A DNA stretch of 64,000 nucleotides from Chrysomallon squamiferum. Its lineage: Eukaryota > Animalia > Mollusca. The notes beneath the pieces are model-generated. The model worked only from the letters and a program-made list of their open reading frames with translations, was not told where the DNA came from and searched no databases. Each line of letters starts with the position of its first letter. Positions within the stretch are counted from its first letter, which is position 1. Below are positions 30,511-53,001 of this stretch, piece after piece. The stretch lies in contig CM022671.1 in assembly GCA_012295275.1 (NCBI GenBank), positions 7,006,001-7,070,000 of the forward strand. The letters run 5' to 3'. The translations under genes and the position numbers were made by a program.

Positions 30511-30861
30511 ATTAATATATAAACAGAGTACAAAGGTAGGCACGTACATCATTATTAGTTATCATCATTATTATGTGGGAAATCTGAAAGCTGTCTTCCT
30601 AAAGAATTGATCAGAAATTAATGGTAATGAAAAACACATTTGATACCTGTATGAAACAAACAGAGGATAGGCTCATCTAGGAAACTTCACTGGAATCTGT
30701 TGCACTAACGATTAAAGGTGTGTTTGCACATTTTAATTTTTTATCCATGGAAACAGATGTAATATCTGGTAAATGCAGTTTATCATGAAGGACAAGATAA
30801 ATATGATTTTTTTCACACAGACAATAAACGTCAGAAACACTTTGGAATAGTTACGTCTATG

Positions 30862-30975
30862 TATTTTAGGATTTAAATAGTCTCTGTCGTATGCACGTCT
30901 GAATAGACTCTGCACATAGACAATATTCTGGGGAACGCACTGGCGCAGGAGGACAAAGTTCAATCACGACCTCGG
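30862..30975 (-). mobile_element. Second copy of the retro-element 3'-end-like repeat (see 7816-7966)
   Basis: The reverse complement matches ~7858-7966. Confidence 0.7.
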
Positions 30976-31017
30976 ATGCCGGTTAAGAGACTCGAACGCG
31001 CATGGCACCCATTACGT

Positions 31018-32552
31018 CTATGTATGTATGTATGTATGTATGTATGTATGTATGTATGTATTTATGTATGTATGTATGCATGTATGTATATAGGTATGTA
31101 TGTATGTATGTATGTATGTATGTATGTATGTATGCATGTATGTACGTATGTATGTATGTATGCATGTATGCATGGTTGTATGTATGTATGTATGTATACA
31201 TGTATGCATGTCTGTGTGCTTATATCAATGTATGTGTGTATGCATATATGTATGTCTGAATATACGTATGAGTGTGTGCATAAATATATGTATGAATGTA
31301 TGTTTGTAGGCGTTTGTTGTTATCCGTCTGTATATTTTTTCTATCTACCTATCTATAATAATGATAATCATAATAATAGTGATGATGATAATAATAATAA
31401 GAAGAAGAAGAAGAGTGAAAGAAAGATAGAAAGAAAAAACACGACAACAATTGAATAAATTCCACCTACTTTATAGATATTATTTTCAATACGCGTTACT
31501 CACATCAAGAGGAGCACGGGTCAGTTTTACTGGAGATAAACCCGAGCAAATCAATAACAGCTGCACACAGGCCTCACAGTGTTCACCACGTTCTGTGCTT
31601 TCAAATCTGCTGATCATCCAAACTTGTGAAACGCCGAGAAAGTTATACATCAGTATGTATGTAGCAACAGTTCGTGACTACCCTAGACAGCTGAAACATA
31701 CACACATTCATACACACACATATAGATACATACACACATACATACATGCATGAATACATACATACATATATACATAAATACATACATGCACACACATACA
31801 CACAAATATACATATATACATACATATACACATACATACATACAAACACACACACATATATACATACATACATACACACACACATACATGCATGTATACA
31901 TACATACACACACATACATATACACATATATATAAATACATACATACATACACACACGTACATACACACATACATACACACATATATACATAGATATATA
32001 CATACATAGATACATAAATACATACACACACGCATACATACATACACACACATACATATACACATATATATAAATACATACACACACATACATACACACA
32101 TACATACACACATATATACATAGATACATACATACATAGATACATAAATACATACACACACATACATACATACACACACATATACACATACATTCATATA
32201 TACGTACAAACATACATACAAACACACATACATACACACACATATACATACATACATACATATATACAAACATACACATACATATATACATACATAGATA
32301 CATACATACATACATACATACACATACATACACACACATACATGCATACATATATATACACACATACATACATACACACATACAAACATACATAGATACA
32401 TAGATACATACATACACACATACATTCACACATACATACATACACATACATACATACATACATACACACATACATACATACATACATACACATACATACA
32501 TACATACACATACATACATACACACATAATACATACATACATACATACATAA

Positions 32553-32585
<33 letters not shown>

Positions 32586-32586
32586 T
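31018..32586. repeat. (TATG)n block (31018-31305) and opposite-orientation (CATA)n/(CA)n block (31695-32586)
   Basis: Direct inspection. Confidence 0.93.
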
Positions 32587-32864
32587 GTATAAAGATATTT
32601 GTCTACTTATCTAGCATGTATCAACTCTGTGACTGGAAATTAATTGTGTTGTATGATATACGATATAAATAAATCGATAAAGCCTCGGCGATATTAATAT
32701 GCTGAAAAATAAATAAATGTATCTTTCTTTATCTGGGTACGTTTCATATATCACGAACGATTAAGAAAATAGCGACATTTGATAAAGAAAGAAAAAACCT
32801 TCAAGGTTATTCACTAATATAGAGGTCATCGAGAACACACGTGTAAAACAAACTCACGGAATTT

Positions 32865-33300
32865 ACATTCACTAACATTGAGTACAGTACTTACATACTA
32901 GTATTCAGTGCAATGCATATATACTAACATTGAGTACAATACTAACATACTAACATTGAGTGCATAAATTACACACTAACATTGAGTACAATACTTACAT
33001 ACTAGCATTGAGTGCATAAATTACATACTAACATAATGTACAATACTTACATACTAGCACTGAGTGCATAAATTACACACTAACATTGAGTACAACACTT
33101 ACATACTAGCATTGAGTGCAATACTTATATACTAACACTGAGTACAATACTTACACACTAACATTGAATACTGAAGTTACACACTAATATTGAATACAAT
33201 AGTTAGACACTAACGTTGAGTACAGAAGTTACACAGTAACATTGAATACAATAGTTACACACTAACATTGAATACATAAGTTACACCACTAACGCTAAAT
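32865..33300. repeat. ~23-25-bp minisatellite (ACTAACATTGAGTACAATACTTACAT)
   Basis: Many tandem copies. Confidence 0.9.
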
Positions 33301-34207
33301 ACATAAACAGAAACACTGTATGAATAATTATATTATGACAATTTTATTTTAGTATGTTCAAGCTTGAAAAATGTGTAGCATTTCCAATATTTGTTTAAAA
33401 TATGCATATATAAGAGAAACCTATAAAAGGGAAAAGAATTAAAACGTTTAAAAAAGTAGATTAGAGTTTTGCAAAGACATAAATTATATTTTAAAAAAAA
33501 CAACTTTATAGCCCATTATTTTACTAACAGATCAGTGTAATAAAAGTGGTCATTATGCAATACGAAACCGTTAATAGACACGAAATTCACTGTTTAAAGT
33601 AAACCAGCCACGCCATCCACACAGGCAGAGCTTGTTATCTCCACACACAAACATAAAAATTTAGGAGGTAAGTAAAACTTGTTCTTGTTTCTTATCATTT
33701 TTATTTTTATTTTTTTAATTTTTTTTTTTTTTAAGAAGAAGAAATAAAGCAGAGTATGAAAGATAATTATGTCCTACAGTTTCTGCGGTAATCGCCCGGG
33801 ATGTAGATAAACTTGTATAAATGGTACTAAAATTAAGTCTACGTCTAGTGAATGTAATAATTAGGATCTGTCTACGTCCTTGTTCTCGTTAATTGCCCTT
33901 TTATCTGTATGCCGAGGTGTGGAAGTCAAAAGGTAATAACGAATTAATTCTGTACCACTGTGCAGATGTTAGAACTAGATCAGAAAAAGAAGAAGTAACA
34001 AAAAAAACAAAAGAAAACTCTAACACGATCACCTGCTCAATTGGTACCCAAAACAGTAATGCTAGAATAAAAACGCTTCTCAAGCCGTTGATAAAGAAAA
34101 CACAGCTCACACTGCAATGGTAATCTTGTAAACCAATTAGTTCCTTCTGTTTCCCAGGACTTCGTAATTCGGCAAACCAGAGTATACAACGTCCCTGGTC
34201 GACACCT

Positions 34208-35830
34208 TTTCTTTATCAGTTGTCAAACAGTATTCTGTAAGATATTTACTGTGTACGTATAACAGCTGTGTTATATAGTTTCTTTATCAGTTGTCAAACA
34301 GTATTCTGTAAGATATTTACTGTGTATGTATAACAACTGTGTTATATAATTTCTTTATCAGTTGTCAAACAGTACTGTGTAAGATATTTACTGTGTATGT
34401 ATTACAACTGTGTTATATAGTTTATTTATCAGTTGTCATACAGTACTGTGTAAGATATTTACTGTGTATGTATTACAACTGTGTTATATAGTTTCTTTGT
34501 TATACAGTACTGTGTAAGATATTTACTGTGTATGTATTACAACTGTGTTATATAGTTTCTTTGTTATACAGTACTGTGTAAGATATTTACTGTGTATGTA
34601 TTACAACTGTGTTATATAGTTTCTTTGTTATACAGTACTGTGTAAGATATTTACTGTGTATGTATAACAACTGTGTTATATAGTTTATTTATCAGTTGTC
34701 ATACAGTACTGTGTAAGATATTTACTGTGTATGTATTACAACTGTGTTATATAGTTTCTTTGTTATACAGTACTGTGTAAGATATTTACTGTGTATGTAT
34801 AACAACTGTGTTATATAGTTTATTTATCAGTTGTCAAACAGTACTGTGTAAGATATTTACTGTGTATGTATAACAACTGTGTTATATAGTTTCTTTATCA
34901 GTTGTCAAACAGTATTGTGTAAGATATTTACTGTGTATGTATAACAACTGTGTTATATAGTTTATTTATCAGTTGTCATACAGTATTGTGAAGATATTTA
35001 CTGTGTATGTATTACAACTGTGTTATATAGTTTATTTATCAGTTGTCAAACAGTACTGTGTAAGATATTTACTGTGTATGTATTACAACTGTGTTATATA
35101 GTTTCTTTGTTATACAGTACTGTGTAAGATATTTATTGTGTATGTATTACAACTGTGTTATATAGTTTCTTTGTTATACAGTACTGTGTAAGATATTTAC
35201 TGTGTATGTATTACAACTGTGTTATATAGTTTCTTTTTGTTGTCAAACAGTACTGTGTAAGATATTTACTGTGTATGTATAACAACTGTGTTATATAGTT
35301 TCTTTATCAGTTGTCAAACAGTACTGTGTAAGATATTTACTGTGTATGTATTACAACTGTGTTATATAGTTTCTTTGTTATACAGTACTGTGTAAGATAT
35401 TTACTGTGTACGTATAACAACTGTGTTATATAGTTTATTTATCAGTTGTCATACAGTACTGTGTAAGATATTTACTGTGTATGTATTACAACTGTGTTAT
35501 ATAGTTTCTTTATCAGTTGTCATACAGTACTGTGTAAGATATTTACTGTGTATGTATAACAACTGTGTTATATAGTTTCTTTGTTATACAGTACTGTGTA
35601 AGATATTTACTGTGTATGTATTACAACTGTGTTATATAGTTTCTTTGTTATACAGTACTGTGTAAGATATTTACTGTGTATGTATAACAACTGTGTTATA
35701 TAGTTTATTTATCAGTTGTTATACAGTATTGTGTAAGATATTTACTGTGTACGTATAACAACTGTGTTATATAGTTTCTTTTCAGTTGTCTTTAACTGTA
35801 AGAAACATTTACTATTTAACAACTGTGTTA
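34208..35830. repeat. Homogeneous satellite with two unit variants (~71 and ~64 bp)
   Basis: cagtactgtgtaagatatttactgtgtatgtattacaactgtgttatatagttt repeated more than 20 times, joined either by ctttatcagttgtcaaa-type or ctttgttata linkers. Confidence 0.95.
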
Positions 35831-36034
35831 TATACTTTCTTTATCAGTTGCTATTATTTGTGTATTTATTATTTAAATTTGTGGGGGGTATTATTATGTC
35901 TAATTAATTATTTAAATTTGTGCATTTGTATCAGAGGTGTCATATTTAAAATTTGTTTTCATATGTCAGTATCGTACGTATTGTTCACTGTGTCGTTATT
36001 CTTTAGTCGTATTTGTTTACAGTGGGTTCAGACG

Positions 36035-44736
<8,702 letters not shown>

Positions 44737-45024
44737 AAAACGTTTTCGTCAAACACAGTAATAATCTAAATAAAAAGAAAATCAACAACATAGAAGTATT
44801 TGGTGTGCTCGATTTTCCTTTTTCTCTATACAGGTGATACACTCCGACACTCAACGAGCCTATCGAGCGAAAGTTAATAATACCAAATATGTTTCGAAAA
44901 TTTCCAGTTTTAGTATAAAAGAGTTAGGTCAACAGAAAGGATTAGGTCAGATTTTGGTGAGGATGAGCGTTAGAGTATACATTTTCTCATTTACATCATT
45001 TTTTGGAATATTTTTCTTCTTATG

Positions 45025-46030
45025 AAGGTTAAGGGTGAGGTTAGCTTTAGGATAGATATATATTTTAATATATATCAGGGTTACGGTTAGGATCAGGAAG
45101 AAGGTTAGGAATAGTTGGTGGCGATTGTTATTTTAATGAAATTTTAATTTATCATATTATTAAATCCAAGGTTAGGGTTTGGGCTAGATTTATGGTTAGG
45201 GTTAGCTTTAGCTCGAGTGTTAGATTTAATTATTTACCTCCAGAGAATTTTCGTATAAAACTTGAAACATCTTATGATGAATTTTAGGATAAAATTGAAA
45301 AACAAATGTATTTCTAAAATAAAATAATAAAAATAAATAAATAAATATCTTGGTAGAATTACTTACGAGTGTAAGGATAAATTCAAAAAACACAAACAGA
45401 CATTTATTTCAAAAGATTAATTGCGTAAACTTTGAGATGAGTTTTAGGATAGTATTTAAAATATGCTTTATTTTAATAAAACGTTAATTTATGATATTGT
45501 TAGAAGTAACCTTATGACTTGAATGAAGATAGGGCTAGGGTTAAGGATTTGGGCTAGGGTTAGAATTAGAGTCAGATTTAAGTATATATTGACTTAAAGA
45601 GAGTTTTCGTATGAAACTTGAAAAATCTTCTGATGAGTTTTGGGATAAAAGTGAAAAATGTTGGGGAAATTTCACAGTGAGTGTTTGGATAAACTTTATG
45701 ATAACTTTTATTTCAAGAAAAAAGTTTATGATGATTGTTAGGATAATATTCTGAATCCGTTTTAGTTTAATAAAACATTAATTGATCATGTTGTTAGAAT
45801 AAGGTGATGGTTATGGTTTATGGTTGGGGTTAGGGTAGTGTTAGGGTTAGGGTTAGGGTAAAGGTTAGGATTAGGGTTAAGATTAGGGTTAGGGTTAGGG
45901 TTAGGGTTAGGGTTAGCATTATGGTCAGGGTTCGGGTTAGAATTAGAGTAGCTTTAACTATCTATTTACCTAAAGAGAATTTTCGTATAAATCTTAAAAA
46001 CTTTTACGACGAGTGTTAGCATAAATTCTC
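45025..46030 (+). repeat. Interstitial telomere-like (TTAGGG)n tracts embedded in a ~365-bp higher-order repeat
   Basis: A near-perfect TTAGGG run at ~45828-45915, degenerate runs at ~45030-45210 and ~45530-45565, and the block agagaattttcgtataaa... recurring at ~45242, ~45598 and ~45974. Confidence 0.85.
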
Positions 46031-46148
46031 CAAAAACCAACAAACAAAAAACTCAAAAAAAAACCCAGTAAACTTAACAAAAACAACAAGAAAACACAAA
46101 CAAAAACCAACAACAACATACTACTACTACTACTAATAATAATAATAA

Positions 46149-46179
<31 letters not shown>

Positions 46180-47671
46180 AAGAAGAAGAAGAAGAAGAAG
46201 AAGAAGAAGAAGAAGAAGAAGAAGAAGAAGAAGAAGAAGAAGAAGAAGAAGAAGAAGAAGAAAAAATAATAGAGACAATAATAATAATTTTGGAAAGTTT
46301 ATGATGAGTGTTGGGAAAGTTAATAACGTCAGTAATTAATGGCTACAGCAAAAATAGATCAGATAATGTTTCAGAATTAGAATGAGAGTGAAGTCCGAGA
46401 GGGCAGAGATGAAGATACCGCAGGCCCGAGTCATGAGCTGAACTTCAGTACGTAAAAGAGAATCCGCACTGAAACAGTCACCATTTCCGCACCGAAGACG
46501 TTGTGAGTGTGGATCCTCAGAAGAAACTGGCTTAGAAAGTGCCGCAAACAGAAAACACAAATCTCTGCATGGACTTCACAGATATCTTATCTTTTCAGTA
46601 GGAAGCATGTCTTTGTTGATGCCAGGTTTGGGTTAGATGAGACTGGCAGGGATATCAGCAAGTAGTTGTATACTGCTGAATGTGGAGGAGGGCAACTCCA
46701 GAGCACAAGGGCAGGATTTGTGCGACTGACTGAATGAAATATACTTTCTTTCCACTGTCTTACTTCCATGTTCTAATATTATCGATACTGGAGGTGAGAT
46801 CAAACAAATCAATAAATAAAATAAAATTTTTTTTTTTTTTTTTTGTTTCTTTTTATTCATTTGAAGTGCAAAATATTTTTAATTTTTTTAGCTTTTATCA
46901 AGATAAACATTCATTAAATGAGAAAATGGTATTGCAAACAAACAGAAAGACTATTCAACTCTGGAACTAACAATAACAAAAATAAACATTACACCGCTGA
47001 TAGTGCTGTCAGCTGTTTGAGATTTACAGCCATGTTTTTACGTTCTGCAGTATCATCAATATGTGCAATGCAGCATCACAAAATTGATTACAGTTTACTG
47101 ACTGTCAACGCTAGCTGATGTTGTGATGATGATGATGATGATGAATCCAGTGAGAGGCGAACAGACCAGGCAGACATTAGCAGTTTGTGAATCTCCAGAC
47201 CCTGTAAGATCTGCCCTGTATTCATTTTCATAACACATTAATATTCATTACTTAATCATGAATATTCATATTTGTATTTGATTTCCATTGTTTGAGGTAG
47301 ATAATCATCAATATTTAAAACTGACATAAGTAGAATGAGAATGTTAACATTTAGCAGTATTCAATACATAATCAGTATTTGTTTTATATATACAGTGTAA
47401 GAAAACAGAATCAGGTGTGTTGTTGTTAACAGGTTTTTAATAAGTTTTATATTGTGTATGTAATCAACGTACTTTTGCTGGAATCTGTAGTGCTGTTTTC
47501 AACCTCTCAGGACATCTGACCTTTGACCAAGAACAGTGATTGGCCAGTGCAGTGTTTTAATGCAATAGGTGAGCTGGAAACATTGCATGCTTTATCTTCT
47601 AGGTGACTTTTAATGTTCCATGTAAGGTGTGCCGGCCAAAGATCCCCAACTTCAGGTGATTATGCTGTTGG

Positions 47672-47890
47672 TTTGAGTTTTGGCTTCACTGTGATTTGAA
47701 TTTTGGCTTGAATGTTATTTGAGTTGTGGTTTAATGTTATTTGACTTTTGGCTTCACAGTTAATTTGAATTTTGGCTTCACAGTTATTTGAGTTTTGGCT
47801 TGAGTGTTATTTGAATTTTGGCTTCACAGTTATTTGAGTTTTGGCTTGAGTGTTATTTGAATTTTAGCTTCACTGTTATTTGAGTTTTGT
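47672..47890. repeat. ~22-24-bp minisatellite (TTGAGTTTTGGCTTCACAGTTAT)
   Basis: About nine tandem copies. Confidence 0.88.
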
Positions 47891-49169
47891 ATCTTGTAAT
47901 CAATTTTATCAATCCTCACAGTTTATGTTAACAGTGATGGAACAAACAAAAAAAATAAAGAACACAACAAATTCAAAATATGCTTTGAAATGTTTATTTC
48001 CAGATAACTGCCTGTTCACAGCAACAAGGTAAAGCTATCAGTATACCAGCCAATATTCAAGTGTAAAAAGCAAATACAAGAATTCATGAAACAAAAATTA
48101 CAAAAAGAAAAGAAAAGAAAAATATGCACAGCAGTACAGGCGTTTAGATAACACCTATGAATTATATTTGACATAAGAAATTTAAAAAAAAATAAAAATA
48201 AAATAAAAAATGAATATGGTTTGTTAAATGATTATAAAAATATGTAACAGACATTTCAAAATTATTGGTGATAAATAATAATGACAACTTAATGGCATTA
48301 AATGGTATTTATATATCTGTATATATATAAATGAAATGCAAAGTGGAATCCGAGTGAATTCATATGAACTGCAGAGAAAAAAGTTTATTTTTAATCAGTT
48401 AAATGCAGTGAAAAAGCTTTATGAATGAAAATATGATGAGAAAAAATAGGGGTGGAGAACTTAGGGAAGGGAGATAACCTATGATGATGCTATGTCTCAC
48501 ATTTAGATATATATGTAAGGAAAAATAATTTAATGTTGGAACAAAAAAATAAATTAAAATAATGATAGAATAAATTAAATTCAAAATTAAATTTTAGTGA
48601 TGAGCAAAAATAAAAATATAAAATTTAATTTAAAAATATGAAATCTATATTGTCTATCTATAGCATAAAACAAACCAGTGTAATACTAGATGTAACTATT
48701 AATGTTTTACTAATTATTCATTTATTTATTTTATATATCCTATGTGACTTTTCTAATTATATTTTACATATTATTAATTATTATTAATTAATATTTTTAT
48801 TAAAACAAAACATTTGGAAATTAATTTTTCTGAATTTTTTCTTTAAATTTAAAAACAAAATAAATAATAATCATCATTATTAGAATAGGTAATAATGAAG
48901 TTAGGAGTATTATTTTACACCTTTGCATAGAATTTAAAATAATAATAAATAATAATAATAATAATAACTGAACACATTTTAAAAATAATTATATTACTTA
49001 AATTCAGTTAGGGTTAGGGTTAGCCTTTGGGCTAGGGTTAGTCTTAGAGTTAAAGTTAGGATCAGGTTTAGGTTTAGATTTAGGTTTAGCTCAAGACTAT
49101 AATATCTGTATTTTAAGATTTTTATTTTCTTAACTACTTTATTTAAAAATTAGCTTTTTCAAATTATTC

Positions 49170-49450
49170 CAATATAAAATAATAATCCAAAACTTTTTCC
49201 AAGCAGCAGAAATAATAATATCTTACAGAGTTTGAACTGTTTTGCATATACAAACTGCATTTTATGCACAAAATTGTTTTTAAAATCCTGCTGACTATCT
49301 GTGTAAGCTGTGTATGAAAAATAAATGGAATTCATATTTAGACAAGGATTCTATTCTCATGCTACCTCCTTATGTTCCAAAATTCAAAATATTCCAAAAT
49401 CTGAAACACTTCAGGTACCAAGCAATTTGGATAAAGGATTGTGAATGTGT
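49170..49450 (+). mobile_element. Tigger4/MER46-like MITE with recognisable right terminus
   Basis: It ends AAATATTCCAAAATCTGAAACACTTCAGGTACCAAGCAATTTGGATAAAGGATT, resembling from memory the Tigger4/MER46 terminal repeat. Its body is shared with 38100-38402. Confidence 0.6.
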
Positions 49451-51539
49451 CTTACTTAAATAAATAAATGGAATATACAGTTCAGTTTCTGTTTTAGCCC
49501 ACAGGCAGTGAGAAGAAAACAGAACAGCTACCACCAGGATGGAACCAGAACAATGATGTCTATGTCCTGAAATATACTTCAACAGAGAACAATGAACATT
49601 TTGCTTTTAAAGCTGTGCTAGTTGATAACACTTAGATAGTGAATTTTATGGTATTTTAATTATTACTTAAACAAATAATAGAAATACATAAATATACTTT
49701 CTATTTATAAGAAATAGAATTAGATGTTATGGAAATGATCTTGACAAATCTAATTTAGATTCATTAGTGGTTCTGCATTCATTCATTTCTTCTTCATCTT
49801 TTTTTTCAGGAATTTTTTAAATATACTAATTTTCTGACTGTATTTGAAATTACGTGGCACCTTTCTAAAATAATAAATATGATTAAAGATAGCTACTAAT
49901 GATTGAAAACAATGCTTGTGTTATTATTAATGAATGTGAAAATAACTCTTAAAATTTTCAATACATTCAGTAAAAAAAATTGTTATTTCCTTCATTAGCA
50001 AAATAACATGTCTTTTGCACAGCACATAAACTTCTGCCTTTCTTCTCTTTTTAATCCATCCTTTAGAATGGCAAATGTTATTATTTCTTTAAATCAATTT
50101 AATTTTTTTTTTTTTTTTTATTATTTTTTTTTTATACTGCTGAATCATTTTATTCATTCTTTCCAGCATAATTAATATCCAAACTCATATTAAAAATTAT
50201 TATTTTTTAATTATTTTCAACTATATTTTATCATTCTGTAAAAATGTTATCATTAAAGCATATTTATAACAAATATTCTTTATACTTCAGAGCTTTCAAA
50301 AATCTGTCAGAATTGTCAAAACGTTTTTCAAAGCAAAGATTATGAATGAATTCAGCCCTCCATCAACTCCAGGTCAGAGGTCAGAGACCAAGACAAGCCC
50401 AAGGAGAAAACTACCCTGGGGAGTGGGGACATGGGCGTGGTCAAAGGACAGAATGAAAGGCGAACAGTACTGCCATTTATAGTCAAAATAAATAAAACAA
50501 GCGGTTACAAAAATCAAGCCTTTCAGAAAGGTTCAAGCAGTTATCTCCCTTGAATTATAAAATTGCTGAAGAGTTGCGTAAGTTTGATGTGCCATACATG
50601 AAATTTACACATCACGGTTATAATCAGACATAATATAATATTCGAAATCTTAAAATCATGATTATAAGTTGGATGTGCCATACTTGAAATTTACACAATT
50701 TATTATTTAATTTATAATGATGATTGGTATATTTCAAATATTATTTTATATTAATTTAGAATGAAGTTTTTACAGTTTATTATTTTTGTCATTTTTTTTT
50801 TGTTCAAAAATATTAAATCATGAAAATCAATGAATCGTAATTGATAGTAATCTTAAAAATGGAAAATTGCTATTTTTGTATTTTTGTATTTAAACGCGGA
50901 TTTTCTTAAAACAAACAGCGAAAAAATAAGACTATCGCGTTATTATTTGACTGACATACCTTTATCAACCGAATTCCGGCGAGCGCATACATGCGTCATA
51001 TAAAAAACATACATTTATTATTTATTTTCAGATATTTGTCGTGGTTCGGTGTGCTTCTGAAACGCAGTACGTATAACAAATATGTTTGCTTCACTGCGAT
51101 TGTTTTTACACTTTTACACATTCCTTGCTCGTCTGTTTTCTCTTCTTTAGTGTCGCGCACTTTCTTACTGTGGCGAACCAACATTTTTGGGGGCTCTGAA
51201 GATTGAACTGTTTTTCCGTGACCTTTCGCAAACAGCAACGAGGCCTGGGTATCCTCGGTTTTCTTCTTCAGTGGGCCTGTTCCAAGACAGATCACCATAG
51301 TCGTTTTGTTGTTGTTGTTGTTTTTCTTGTTTGTTTTTTGTTTGAATTTTTGTGGGGGTTTTGTTGTTTGTTTTTTGGGGAGTTGTTGTTTTTGGGGGTT
51401 TGGGGATTGGTTTTTTTCTTGTTTTTTTTCTTTTTCTTCTTCTTCTTCTTCTTCTTCTTCTTATTATTATTATTATTATTATTTAACCACGGTACCTCAG
51501 ATTTCTATTAAAATTTTCACTATGGACTAAACGTTGCTT

Positions 51540-51606
51540 CTGAGGGCCCCTCGTGTTTTGTGGGCCCTGAAGCTTAAGTTTCATTAGTTTCATAATAGAT
51601 CCGCCA
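51540..51606. mobile_element. MER53-like MITE terminus
   Basis: GGGCCCTGAAGCTTAAGTTTCATTAGTTTCATAATAGATCCGCC resembles from memory the MER53 end (GGGCCCTGAAGCTTAAGCTTCATTAGCTTCA..GTAAATCCGCC). Confidence 0.55.
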
Positions 51607-51647
51607 ATATATATATAAAAAAAATAATAAAAAAAAAATATAAAATA

Positions 51648-51747
<100 letters not shown>

Positions 51748-51994
51748 CAATTTAAAAAAAGTAATAATTAATAACAACAACAACAACAACATATGCATGA
51801 ACAATACGTAATGTAGTTTTAGTGTAGTCGCTACGACTCGATTCCATCAAAATTACATTTATCGTTTTCAAATTTGGCGCCAGTCCGCAGTAGTTGCTTT
51901 AAGCCAAGAAGTAACAGTTTCAGCGAGTCGTATACTGAACTCTGTGAGACGTATTGGGTGCATATATATATACATATCAGCTGACAGCCTCACC

Positions 51995-52698
51995 ATGTTA
52001 ACAATACATCTCGGGAAATTCGCTGGCTTTCGTCAAATAAAACGGTTGTTTCGTCGCTTTTTGCAAAGCAAAGCATCGGAAGGAAATTCGATTTTAAACA
52101 AGGTACGTTGAGCGAAAATGGCCGATGCAAAGAGTCATGTCAACAGCTGTGCACTTCAAATGAGCCTGTTCGATACAGCACGTATTAAGCAACCTAGTTA
52201 TTTTAACTATCTCTCTGGATAAACAGCAGCAGAGCTGAACATTTAAATCACCGGTCCTAGGCACGTTTCTCTGGTTTAAAAAATAACAATTATTATTATT
52301 ATTATAAAACTTATTAATAGGTATTAGCAGTTCTGTTACCTTATTGTTTTAAAAAGTAATATACTGTTCACTGTAGATTTCGTTTAATTTTATTAACGTG
52401 TACAAATCTGGTTTTTTAAAATGTAATAATAATAATAATAATAATAATAATCAATAAATCAGTGTTAAAGAGGGAGACACACACGCAAGAAGATCAAAGT
52501 TCAGTCAACAGCCTGTAACTAAATACCATTCAAAATGACACAGGAAATTCGACGGCACGTTTTTCTGTTTATTCAGAGTCAATTTTATTTTTGTTTGTTT
52601 TTTACATCTGAACTGATTATGATGTTAGTTTACAACTGGTCTTTTGATGTTGTCAGGTGAGCGACTGGAAGTAAAAGGAATATGAATATATACATATG

Positions 52699-52795
<97 letters not shown>

Positions 52796-52966
52796 ATATT
52801 CTGAGAAATCGTTGGCTATGCTTCTAATGCAAAAGCCTACATCTGCTCCTATTCTACAAAATCCATTTTAATTTAATGTATGTCATATTGTCAAATGAGA
52901 ATGAAATATATAAATATTTACATGTATATATTAATTTGTATTAGTTAGGTATGAATATATACATTT

Positions 52967-53001
<35 letters not shown>

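Larger units (their letters stand above)
46599..50460 (+). pseudogene. PSMF1: Decayed PSMF1 / PI31 (proteasome inhibitor) gene copy
   Basis: Exon 49498-49650 (ag..gt) translates PTGSEKKTEQLPPGWNQNNDVYVLKYTSTENNEHFAFKAVLVDNT*IVNFM, matching the PI31 FP-domain motif SE.LP.GWN....Y.L.Y, with an in-frame TAG at 49633-49635. A later exon from 50292 (AFKNLSELSKRF, then apparently frameshifted) and a scrambled putative first exon (~46640-46793) are also visible. Confidence 0.72.

Noticed and set aside
31643-32586. Long ORFs of 130-299 aa rich in M/Y/V/C
   Set aside because: They are translations of (TATG)n/(TG)n microsatellites. The same applies to ORFs at 2266-2807, 9387-10216, 29616-30552 and 30976-31458.
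45828-45915. True chromosome end
   Set aside because: The tract is short, degenerate and flanked by genes on both sides.
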